Positions 8,717-17,295 of a stretch of DNA of 64,000 bases are shown in pieces; the stretch's first letter is position 1, and every line of letters starts with the position of its first letter. Source of the stretch: an uncultured Gemmatimonadales bacterium (GTDB lineage Bacteria > Gemmatimonadota > Gemmatimonadetes > Longimicrobiales > RSA9). Under the pieces are notes generated by a model. The model searched no databases. It had not been told where the DNA came from and was given only the letters and a program-made list of their open reading frames with translations. The DNA lies in the NCBI GenBank assembly GCA_963741945.1, contig CAVUKA010000003.1, forward strand, positions 96,001-160,000, read 5' to 3'. Made by a program: the position numbers and the translations under genes.

Positions 8717-10444
8717 GTGACCGCGCCGCCGGCCAGCTCCCCGTCGCCCGACGCGGCGGAGCTCGCGGCCGAAATCCGGGCCGGCTTCCGGCGCTATTGC
8801 CAGGGCTTCGCGGAGATCACGCGCCGCGCGCCCGGCCGGTTCGCGAGGCGGGAGTGGGCGGAAGGGCAGGAGGACGCCCGCGAGCGGATCCTGCTGTACG
8901 ACGTGGTGGTCCACGACACCCTCCGCTCTCTCCGGCGCCTCGTCCCGGGAACACCGGACCCGCGCATCGGCGCCGAGGTGAGGGAAGCGTTCCGCGCGTG
9001 GGCGCTGCCCCGCCCCGATGTGGAAGTGGCAGAGACTTTCTTCAACTCGGTGGTCCGGCGGCTGTTCGGCACGATCGGCGTGGACCCCTCCCTGGAGTTC
9101 GTGGCCGAGGCCGTGGATGAGCCGCGGGACGCGGGCCCGGCGCCCTGGTCGACGCATCCCCTCGAGCGCGGGTTCGAGCACGCGCTGAGCACACTCCTGT
9201 CGTCGCAGCCTCTCGACCTCCCATGGCAGCAGTGGGACGCGCGCCTCCGCGCCGCCGCCGATGTGCTCCGGACCGAGCTCGGATCGGACGGCGAATGGTC
9301 GGCCGGGGAGATCCAGGTGCTGCGGCCCCTGTTCTTCCGCAACAAGGCAGCGTACGTGGTGGGCCGGGTGGTCCGGGGCGACGTCGTCGTCCCGCTCATC
9401 CTGGCCCTCCTTCACCCTCCCGGGGGCGTAACCCTCGAAGCCGTGCTCCCCACGGCGGACGAAGCCAGCGTCGTCTTCGGCTTCACGCGCTCCTACCTCC
9501 ACGCCGACGTCCCCGCGCCCCGATCGGTGGTCCGCTTCCTACGCTCGATCCTCCCCCACAAGCGAGAGGACGAGCTCTACACGGGGATCGGATTCAACCG
9601 GCATGGCAAGACGGTGTTCTACCGCACGCTCCTGCAGCACCTGCGCGATCCGGACGCGCGGTTCGTGACCACGCCCGGCAAGGCCGGGCTCGTCATGAGC
9701 GTGTTCACGCTCCCCGACCTGAACGTGGTCTTCAAGGTCATCCGCGATCGGTTCGGCGCGCCCAAGCAGACATCGCCCGAGCGCGTCCGCCGCAACTACG
9801 ACCTCATCTTCGTCCGCGACCGGGTCGGGCGCCTCGCGGACGCCCAGGAGTACCGCCGCCTCGAGCTCCCCCGGGCCCGCTTCAGCGAACCGGTCCTCGA
9901 TGAGCTGCTGCGCACTGCCGCGCGCACGGTCTCCGCCAGCGGGGAAACGGTTACGGTGGAGCACCTCTACACGGAGCGACGCGTCCGCCCGCTGGACGTT
10001 TACCTGGAAGAGGCGCCGCCCGAGGCAGCCCTCCGCGCAACGCTCGATTTCGGCCGCGCCATCAAGGACCTCGCCGCCGCCGACATATTCCCGGGCGACA
10101 TGCTGGTGAAGAACTTCGGCGTGACCCGGCACGGGCGCGTGATCTTCTACGATTACGACGAGGTGGCGCTCCTCACCGACTGCAACATCCGCGAGCGCCC
10201 TGAAGCCGCCTACCCCGAGGCGGAGATGGCGGACGCACCGCCGTTCTACGTGGGCCCGAACGACCTCTTCCCCGCCGAGTGGCGGGCGTTCCTCGGCCCC
10301 CCCGGTCCGCTGCGCCACGAGCTCCACCGGGCGCACCCCGAACTGTTCGACCCGGCCTGGTGGCGCGACATGCAGGCGAGGCATCGGGCGGGCGAAGTGG
10401 TGGACTTCTTCCCGTACCGCGAGGAGCGCCGACTCGAGCCATGA
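8717..10444 (+). CDS. aceK: Isocitrate dehydrogenase kinase/phosphatase
   Basis: AETFFNSV, FFRNKAAYVVG, FGFTRSY, PGKAGLVMSVF, DRVGRLAD, IFPGDMLVKNFGVTRHGRVIFYDYDE. Confidence 0.95.
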   Translation: MTAPPASSPSPDAAELAAEIRAGFRRYCQGFAEITRRAPGRFARREWAEGQEDARERILLYDVVVHDTLRSLRRLVPGTPDPRIGAEVREAFRAWALPRPDVEVAETFFNSVVRRLFGTIGVDPSLEFVAEAVDEPRDAGPAPWSTHPLERGFEHALSTLLSSQPLDLPWQQWDARLRAAADVLRTELGSDGEWSAGEIQVLRPLFFRNKAAYVVGRVVRGDVVVPLILALLHPPGGVTLEAVLPTADEASVVFGFTRSYLHADVPAPRSVVRFLRSILPHKREDELYTGIGFNRHGKTVFYRTLLQHLRDPDARFVTTPGKAGLVMSVFTLPDLNVVFKVIRDRFGAPKQTSPERVRRNYDLIFVRDRVGRLADAQEYRRLELPRARFSEPVLDELLRTAARTVSASGETVTVEHLYTERRVRPLDVYLEEAPPEAALRATLDFGRAIKDLAAADIFPGDMLVKNFGVTRHGRVIFYDYDEVALLTDCNIRERPEAAYPEAEMADAPPFYVGPNDLFPAEWRAFLGPPGPLRHELHRAHPELFDPAWWRDMQARHRAGEVVDFFPYREERRLEP

Positions 10445-10471
10445 CGCCGGCCTGGCCGGGCAGCAGCCCCG

Positions 10472-10720
10472 TCAGGTCTCCTCGCCCCGCTCCTCCGACT
10501 CCTCCTCCTCTTCGGTTTCCGGGCGACGCGCGTGCTCCGCTTCCGGCTCGCCGGGCTGGAGCGCCGCCTCGCGCCGAGCTTCCGCGCCCTCGGGCGTGGC
10601 TTCATCCGGGGCCCGCTCGTGATAGCCGGCGTACTCCTCCCGAGCGTTGAACGCGTCCGCGGCCTCCGGGCCCGCCGCCCGCTCCGGCCGATCCAGGTCG
10701 GGCTGCTCCTTCTCGCTCAC
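10472..10720 (-). CDS. Small acidic, probably disordered hypothetical protein (82 aa)
   Basis: GTG start overlaps the upstream stop (GTGA) after a GGAGG RBS; Glu/Arg/Pro-rich. Confidence 0.55.
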   Translation of the reverse strand: MSEKEQPDLDRPERAAGPEAADAFNAREEYAGYHERAPDEATPEGAEARREAALQPGEPEAEHARRPETEEEEESEERGEET

Positions 10721-11352
10721 CGGTCACCTCCTTGCGGGGCGGGACGGTTGGGCACCCGCGGGTGCTGGCCCTGCATCCCCGGCTGCATGCCCCGTCCCTG
10801 GTGCATCTCGCGCAGTGCTGCCTCGATCGTTTCGAGCGTCTGCTTCTGGGTCGCGGTCAGCACCTGCTCTGCCTGCACCCGCGCCCGCGCCATGGCCTGC
10901 GCCGCATCCACCATGTGCGACGCCGCTTCCCGCAGCGCCTTCTCGTGCGCGGTCAGGTCCGGGGTCTCACTCTCCATGGTTGCGACGGCCTGCTGGCGCG
11001 CCGTACGTGCCGACTCCAGCGCCGAGCCCACCGCCTTCTGCGTCTGTTCCTGCAGCCCTTCCAGCCGGTCGACCTGGTCCGCCGTCAGCTTCAGCGATTC
11101 GCGAAGCCGGAGCAGCATACCGGGACCCGCCTCCGCCATGGCGCCCATGCCGGCCCCCATCATCGCCCAGCCCTGCCCCATCCAGCCCCGCCCCTGCATG
11201 CGCTGGCCTGGCTGCATCATGCCCGGGTGACGCGGCATCATCGTGCCGGGATGGTGGGGCTGCGGCGGCTGCTCGTCCGGCTCCTGCGCCGCGACTGTGA
11301 GCGGGAGCGCCAGGGCGATGGCGGCAACCGCCAGGATACGTGCTGTTCTCAT
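10717..11352 (-). CDS. Spy/CpxP-like (LTXXQ) periplasmic protein with Met/His-rich N-terminus
   Basis: Signal peptide MRTARILAVAAIALALPLTVAA; LKLTADQ and VLTATQ motifs; HHPGTMMPRHPGMM segment. Confidence 0.75.
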   Translation of the reverse strand: MRTARILAVAAIALALPLTVAAQEPDEQPPQPHHPGTMMPRHPGMMQPGQRMQGRGWMGQGWAMMGAGMGAMAEAGPGMLLRLRESLKLTADQVDRLEGLQEQTQKAVGSALESARTARQQAVATMESETPDLTAHEKALREAASHMVDAAQAMARARVQAEQVLTATQKQTLETIEAALREMHQGRGMQPGMQGQHPRVPNRPAPQGGDR

Positions 11353-11414
11353 TGCTCGTCCTCCTTCGTTCACTTGGCCGAGGTTGGTGTTCGCCCGCAT
11401 CGAGCGGAGCGCCA

Positions 11415-11936
11415 TCAATCCACGCGATGATAGGACCGCTGGAAGTATACCAGCGCGCCGGATTCGGCTCCGACTCGCGCCTCGTCCACCCGCCCCACCA
11501 CCAGGTCGTGGTCGCCGCGGCGAAGCACTTCCTCAACCGTGCAGGTGAACGTGGCCAGGGCGCCCGGGACTACCGGGGCATCATCGTCGGTGAACGGGGC
11601 GGGGCCCGCGGGGAAAGTGTCGGCGTAGCGACTGGCGAGGCCCCGCTGGTCGTGCGTGAGGATGCTCACACCGAACACCGTGCCCGGGTCCAGGAAGGGC
11701 GCGGCCGATGCATTGGGGCCGAGGCTCGCCAGCACCCGCGGGGGTTGAAGGGACAGGGGGAGGAAGGCGGACACGGTCAGCGCGTGCACGCGCGACCCCT
11801 CCCGGACGGCCAGCAGCGTCACACCGCTGGACCAGCGGGAGAACGCTTCGCGCAGCGCCTCCTCCGCCGTTCTCCGCCGGGCGTCCTCCGGCTCGGGACC
11901 GCCGCTGAGGTGTCGGCCGATGCGTTGTGGGGACAT
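11415..11936 (-). CDS. Flavin reductase family protein (DIM6/NTAB-like)
   Basis: SGVTLL, LTVSAFLPLSLQPP, GDHDLVVGRV, LVYFQRSY. Confidence 0.85.
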   Translation of the reverse strand: MSPQRIGRHLSGGPEPEDARRRTAEEALREAFSRWSSGVTLLAVREGSRVHALTVSAFLPLSLQPPRVLASLGPNASAAPFLDPGTVFGVSILTHDQRGLASRYADTFPAGPAPFTDDDAPVVPGALATFTCTVEEVLRRGDHDLVVGRVDEARVGAESGALVYFQRSYHRVD

Positions 11937-12122
11937 GTCTGCAATGTAGGGGAGCCTCGCCCGGGGCGCAGGCGGACGGGGGCGCGGCGCATTCCTGCCG
12001 GGGGGCGCGGCGCATTCCTTGCACCCCACACCCTCCCGCGCCGCCCGCGACGGCGGGCACTCTCGTTACCCGTGGACCGCCCGATCAACGGGGCGGTCCC
12101 ATCCATCCGAGGGAGATTTGCC

Positions 12123-12743
12123 ATGCGACAGCTCTCCGCAGTAGCCCTTCTCACCCTGTTCTCCGTTGCCGCGTGCGGCGGCGACAACAACCAGGAGGGC
12201 GAGGCCATGACGGCGGACACGGCCATGACGGAAACCGCACAGCCGGGCCAGGCCGCCATGGATACGGCGCCCGCTTTCGTGGCCACGATCCAGAGCGCGC
12301 AGGACACGGGCCACGTGACCGGCACGGTCCGCGTCTATGCTGAAGGGAGCGCCGCCATGCAGGCCGACACCGAAAACGGGGGCGGCGCCGGCACGGCTCC
12401 CTCCGCCGGCAATGGATTCCGCCTCGTGGTGAGCGTGAACGGGCTGTCGCAGGGGGAGCACGCGTGGCACATCCACTCCGGGCCGTGCGGACAGCCAGCC
12501 CCCGTGGACGTGGCGATCACGACCACTGCAGACCAGCAGGGGATCGGGCAGCCGCTGACGGCGGACCAGAGCGGGAATGCCATGGGCAGCGTGACGGTGC
12601 CCGCGTCTCGGCTCACGTTCGATCAGCTGCAGGGCGGCCAGTACAGCCTTCACATCCACCAGCAGGGCGGCGTGGACCACGGCCCCACGGTGGCGTGTGC
12701 CGACCTGAGCGAGACCGGCAGCGGCATGACCACCGGGAGCTGA
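12123..12743 (+). CDS. Lipoprotein with Cu/Zn-SOD-like / CHRD-like fold
   Basis: Lipobox SVAAC; GLSQGEHAWHIHSGPC, YSLHIHQ, TVACADL; GGAG RBS. Confidence 0.65.
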   Translation: MRQLSAVALLTLFSVAACGGDNNQEGEAMTADTAMTETAQPGQAAMDTAPAFVATIQSAQDTGHVTGTVRVYAEGSAAMQADTENGGGAGTAPSAGNGFRLVVSVNGLSQGEHAWHIHSGPCGQPAPVDVAITTTADQQGIGQPLTADQSGNAMGSVTVPASRLTFDQLQGGQYSLHIHQQGGVDHGPTVACADLSETGSGMTTGS

Positions 12744-12889
12744 GCGCCCGGCCGGGCTGAAGCCGGAAGACACGACCGTACGGAGCCGGTCCCCGGGAGC
12801 CTCTGGACCCCCCGGGGCGGCTCCGCGCGGAGTGCCCTTGCCGGGAGCGATATACTGGGAGGCGTACACGAGCCTTCCCGGAGACCGAG

Positions 12890-13336
12890 ATGCCAGACCA
12901 GACCACTCGCAAGGCCGTGGTCATGTGCCAGTTCTGCCTGACCATGAACCGCGTCGACCTCGATCGTGCGGCGGATCACCCGAAGTGCGGCCATTGTGGC
13001 AAGCCCATCCTCCTGGACCGCCCCGTCCGGGTCACCGACCAGTCGATGGAGAAGACCATCAAGGGCACGGACGTCCCCGTGGTGGTCGATTTCTACGCCG
13101 ACTGGTGCCAGCCGTGCAAGATGATGGCGCCCATGCTCGACCAGCTGGCCAAAGACCGCCAGGGGCAGGTCCTGGTGGCCAAGCTGGACACGGACTCCAA
13201 CCCCACCATGGCCGTCCACTACGGCATCCGCGGCATCCCCACCCTCATCGTCTTCCGGGAAGGCCGCGAGTGGCGACGCCAGACCGGAGTGGTGCCGCCG
13301 CAGCGCCTTGCCGAGATCCTGGACGAGGAGCCCTGA
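12890..13336 (+). CDS. trxC: Thioredoxin 2-type (N-terminal zinc finger plus Trx domain)
   Basis: CQFC...CGHC zinc finger; DFYADWCQPC active site; IRGIPTL. Confidence 0.88.
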   Translation: MPDQTTRKAVVMCQFCLTMNRVDLDRAADHPKCGHCGKPILLDRPVRVTDQSMEKTIKGTDVPVVVDFYADWCQPCKMMAPMLDQLAKDRQGQVLVAKLDTDSNPTMAVHYGIRGIPTLIVFREGREWRRQTGVVPPQRLAEILDEEP

Positions 13337-13449
13337 CCGCTCCGGCCAGCCCGCTCCCAGATGGCAGGACGCTGCCGGTCCCCGGGCGGAGGACCGACAG
13401 CGCGAAGTGGTAGGATTTGTGACGACCGCTAGTGCAACAACCGGGCCGC

Positions 13450-16011
13450 TCAGCGCAGGCCGAGGCCTTTCAGCATCGCGATCGTGATGGACTGCCGCAC
13501 GTCGTCATAGCCGGCCCACGGATCCCCTCCCTCTGCGAGTCGCTCCGGGACATCGCGGATGGTGTGGACTGGTGGCTTCGTGGCGTCCGTGTCCACTTCC
13601 TCCCACGACAGCGGCACCGCCACGGGCGCCCCCGGCCGTGCGCGTGTGGAGAATTCGCCGATGGCGGTGGCGTTGTACGCGTTGCGCAGGTAGTCGATGA
13701 AGATCCGGCCGCTGCGACGGCTTTTCGTCATCTTGGTGGTGAACCCGTCCGGGTCCGCGGCCACCAGCCGCTCCGCAACGGCCTGGGTGAACGCCCGGGC
13801 CTCGTCGAAGTCGGAGCGCCGGGTCACGGGCACCACCACGTGCAGCCCTTTCCCGCCCGTGCTCTTGGGGAAGCTCTCGAGCCCCAGCTCCGCCAGCATC
13901 TCCCGCAGCTGCAGCGCCGCACTGGCCACGCGCCCGAACGGGAGCGCCTCGTCCGGGTCGAGGTCGAACACCAGCCGGTCGGGGCGATCCAGCCGGTCCC
14001 GGCGCGAGCCCCAGACGTGGAACTCCAGCACGCCCAGCTGCACGAGCGCCACCAGTGATGGCAGACCGTTCACGTACATGTACACCCCTGTCCCGCCCTT
14101 CTCCTCCACCGGCACCCGCGGCACCACGTCGGGGATGGTGTCCTGCGCATGCTTCTGAAAGAAGCACTTCGACTCCGTCCCGGACGGGCAGCGCACCAGC
14201 GTGAGCGGCCGGTCGCGCAGTGCCGGCACGATGGCATCCGCCACCGCCTCGTAGTAGGCGACGAGCTCCCCTTTCGTCACTCCCTGCTCCGGCCACAGCA
14301 CCTTGTCCGGGCTCGTGATCCTGACCCCCGCAACGCGCTCGCGACCAGCGGTCGTGCCGCCCGCCACCCTCCCGGACCGCGTCGGCTTCGCGGTGCGTCC
14401 GCCCCGCGCCCCGCTCTCGCGCACCACGTCGCGGGCGGCCTTGTCCTCCCGCAGCCCCTGGAACGACGGGTGTCTCACTTTGCCATCCTCCGTCCATTCG
14501 GTGAATTCGATCTCCGCTACCAGCTCCGCCCGCACCCAGTGCACGCCCCGGGCTTCGGCGCCCCGCGGCGGCGACTGCACGGGCGGCGTTTTGCGCTCCA
14601 TGCCCGACAGCCGCGCCTTCAGCCGCTTCAGCGTGCGGTTGTCGAACCCCGTCCCGACTTTCCCCGCGTAGACCAGCGCACCTTCTCGGTCGTGTACACC
14701 CAGGAGCAACGCGCCAATGCCCACACGGGAGCCGGACGGCTCCGTGTAGCCCACCACGACCAGCTCCTGGCGCGCCGTGCACTTGGTCTTCAGCCAGTCC
14801 TTGTTGCGGCCGGGGCGGTAGGGCGCGCCCATGCGCTTCGAAACGATCCCCTCGAGGCCCATGCCGCACGCGCGCTCGAAGAACGCGGTGCCGCGGCCCC
14901 GGACATCGTCGCTGTAGCGGACGCGATCGTCGCCCAGGGTGCCCACCCGCTGCCGCAGCAGCGCCTTCCGCTCCTCGATGGGCGCGCCCGTGATGTCGCG
15001 GCCGTCCAGGTGCAGCAGGTCGAACGCGAACAGCACCAGCTCCCCCGCCCGCGCGCCGCTCAGCGAGTTCTGGAGCTTCTGGAAGCTGGACACGCCGCTG
15101 CGATCCAGCACCACCACTTCCCCGTCCACCAGCGCGTCCTCGACGGGGAGCGCGGCCACGGCCGCCGCCACGCCGCCGAAGCGGTCCGTCCAGTCCTTGC
15201 CGTTGCGCGTGATCACCCGCGCTTCGCCGCCCTCCACGCGGCACAGCACGCGGTAACCGTCGAACTTGATCTCGTGCAGCCAGTCCCCGCCCTCGGGCGC
15301 CTCGCCCACCAGCGTCGCCAGCTGCGGCTTCACCCGCGCCGGGAGCTTCGCGTTCCGCTCCACCGTGACCCCGGGCCCTTTTGCCATTGAGGGCGACCTC
15401 GCGTTCGAGCTCGCGTTCGAGTCCCATACCCGGTCCTGTGCGCGGGCGATTGCGTCCAGGTCCCGCCCGGTCTGGACGCTCCGCGGCGCCTCGTCGGTGA
15501 TGTCCGATTCGTCCTCGTCGCGGGCGGCGGCGTCGCCCGCCTTGATGAGCAGCCAGCTGTCCTTCTTCTCCCCCGGCCGCCGCTTCATGCGCGTCAGGAT
15601 CCACTCGCCGGCGAGCTTCTCCCCGTCCAGGCGGAAGCGCAGCCGCCCCTTGCGGTAGTCCTTCGCCGCGTCGCCCAGCGGCGTCCACGTGCCGCGATCC
15701 CACAGCATGACCGTGCCGCCGCCGTACTGCCCCTCCGGGATCACGCCCTCGAAGTCGCCGTAGTCCATGGGGTGATCCTCGGTCTGCATGGCCAGGCGCC
15801 GCACGCCGGGCTTCATGCTCGGCCCCTTCGGGACCGCCCAGCTCTTCAGCACGCCGTCAAGCTCCAGGCGGAAGTCGTAGTGGAGGTGCGACGCATCGTG
15901 CTTCTGGATCACGTACTCCAGCGGCTTCTTCGCCTTGCGATAGCCCACGCGGCCGGACGGCTCGGGCGTGCGCTTGAAGTTCCGCTTCTTCCGGTATTCC
16001 TCGAGTGCCAT
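13450..16011 (-). CDS. ligD: DNA ligase D (phosphoesterase-ligase-polymerase), NHEJ
   Basis: PE domain QKHDASHLHYDFRLE; ligase EIKFDGYR and EGIVSK; polymerase DRLVFDLDP, STGGKGLHV, FIDYLRN. Confidence 0.96.
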   Translation of the reverse strand: MALEEYRKKRNFKRTPEPSGRVGYRKAKKPLEYVIQKHDASHLHYDFRLELDGVLKSWAVPKGPSMKPGVRRLAMQTEDHPMDYGDFEGVIPEGQYGGGTVMLWDRGTWTPLGDAAKDYRKGRLRFRLDGEKLAGEWILTRMKRRPGEKKDSWLLIKAGDAAARDEDESDITDEAPRSVQTGRDLDAIARAQDRVWDSNASSNARSPSMAKGPGVTVERNAKLPARVKPQLATLVGEAPEGGDWLHEIKFDGYRVLCRVEGGEARVITRNGKDWTDRFGGVAAAVAALPVEDALVDGEVVVLDRSGVSSFQKLQNSLSGARAGELVLFAFDLLHLDGRDITGAPIEERKALLRQRVGTLGDDRVRYSDDVRGRGTAFFERACGMGLEGIVSKRMGAPYRPGRNKDWLKTKCTARQELVVVGYTEPSGSRVGIGALLLGVHDREGALVYAGKVGTGFDNRTLKRLKARLSGMERKTPPVQSPPRGAEARGVHWVRAELVAEIEFTEWTEDGKVRHPSFQGLREDKAARDVVRESGARGGRTAKPTRSGRVAGGTTAGRERVAGVRITSPDKVLWPEQGVTKGELVAYYEAVADAIVPALRDRPLTLVRCPSGTESKCFFQKHAQDTIPDVVPRVPVEEKGGTGVYMYVNGLPSLVALVQLGVLEFHVWGSRRDRLDRPDRLVFDLDPDEALPFGRVASAALQLREMLAELGLESFPKSTGGKGLHVVVPVTRRSDFDEARAFTQAVAERLVAADPDGFTTKMTKSRRSGRIFIDYLRNAYNATAIGEFSTRARPGAPVAVPLSWEEVDTDATKPPVHTIRDVPERLAEGGDPWAGYDDVRQSITIAMLKGLGLR

Positions 16012-16024
16012 CGCGCCCTCCCCT

Positions 16025-16984
16025 TCAACTCCGCTGCGCTGCGTCCCGCAGGTATCGCCCCAGGTCCGCGCGCCCCTTCTTCGGCCACGCCAGCGGCCGC
16101 CACAGGTCGCCCAGGCGCCGTACCCGCTCCGGCACGTTCTCGAGCGTGAAGTCCCCGATTTCCACGCCGTCCTCCACTTCCTCCCACATCACCGGTGTGG
16201 ACACGGTCGCTTCGGGTGTGGGGCGCACGGAGTAGACGCTCGCCAGCGTGCGTCCCCACGCGTTCTGGTTGTAATCCACGAGCACGCGACCGCGGGGTCG
16301 ATTGCTGATCCGGTACTCGGCCGTGACCAGCGACGGGTCCCGCTTCTCGAGGAGTCGCGCGAACGTTTTCGCGAAGCGCCACACGTCCTTCTGCACGGGA
16401 CCACGCACGATGGGGACGTACACGTGGATCCCTTTCGACCCCGTGGTCTTGGCATGGCTCGGCAGGTCCAGCTCCGCCAGCGCATCGCGCACCATGAGCG
16501 CCGTGCGGCGCACCGCGTCGAAGCCGGCGGGCGGGACGGGGTCGAGGTCGAAGTGGAGGAAGTCGGGGCGATTGATGTCCTCGCACCTGGAGTACCACGG
16601 ATTCAGGTCGATGCAGCCGAGGTTCACCAGCCAGAGGAGCCCCGGCACGTGGTGGATGACGGGGAAGTCGATCACGCTCCCGGAGCCGTGCTCGATGCTG
16701 CACGTCTCCAGCCACTCCGGCGCGCCGGCCGGCGTCCGCTTCATGAAGAAGTGCTTCCCTCTCCACCCGTTCGGGAAGCGCTTCATCACCATGGCGCGCC
16801 CCTCCACGTGCGGCAGGAGCGCTTCCGCCACGTCCACGTAGTACTGCAGCAGGTCCCGCTTGCTGAGTCCGCGCCGGGGCCAGAACGGCTTGCGCAGGTT
16901 GCTCAGACGCAGCTCGCGGCCGGCGAACCGGAGCGTCGCCGTGTCGCGGTCGCGCGGGATCTCGAGTCCGTTCGACTCGCCCAT
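16025..16984 (-). CDS. Stand-alone LigD-type primase-polymerase (AEP family, Prim-PolC-like)
   Basis: KRFPNG..FFMK, PDFLHFDLDP, KTTGSKGIHV, LVDYNQNAWGRT, YSVRP; no ligase domain. Confidence 0.9.
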   Translation of the reverse strand: MGESNGLEIPRDRDTATLRFAGRELRLSNLRKPFWPRRGLSKRDLLQYYVDVAEALLPHVEGRAMVMKRFPNGWRGKHFFMKRTPAGAPEWLETCSIEHGSGSVIDFPVIHHVPGLLWLVNLGCIDLNPWYSRCEDINRPDFLHFDLDPVPPAGFDAVRRTALMVRDALAELDLPSHAKTTGSKGIHVYVPIVRGPVQKDVWRFAKTFARLLEKRDPSLVTAEYRISNRPRGRVLVDYNQNAWGRTLASVYSVRPTPEATVSTPVMWEEVEDGVEIGDFTLENVPERVRRLGDLWRPLAWPKKGRADLGRYLRDAAQRS

Positions 16985-17121
16985 TGCCCCTCCCGATCGG
17001 TGAGTCCCCCCACACCGAGGAGCAAGGATCCGACCACCGGCGCCCGCGCCACTGGCACCGGTTGTGCCCGGGATCGGGTCCGGAAGCACCCTGAGCCACC
17101 GGAACCGGAACCCCGACAGCC

Positions 17122-17295
17122 ATGAGACGCTATTTCTGGCCCATCATCATCGCCGTCCTGGTCTTCGCCGTGGGAGGCGTGCTCGGGATCGTGGGCGGCG
17201 CCCTCTTCCTACCGCTGATTGGCTTCCTGGTGATGGTGGGCATCCTCGTTTGGCTCTTCGCCCGCAAGGCCGAGCACAAGCCGCCCATGGAGTGA
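17122..17295 (+). CDS. Small two-TM membrane protein, 57 aa (below the ORF-track cutoff)
   Basis: MRRYFWPIIIAVLVFAVGGVLGIVGGALFLPLIGFLVMVGILVWLFARKAEHKPPME; strong G/C third-position bias. Confidence 0.65.
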   Translation: MRRYFWPIIIAVLVFAVGGVLGIVGGALFLPLIGFLVMVGILVWLFARKAEHKPPME

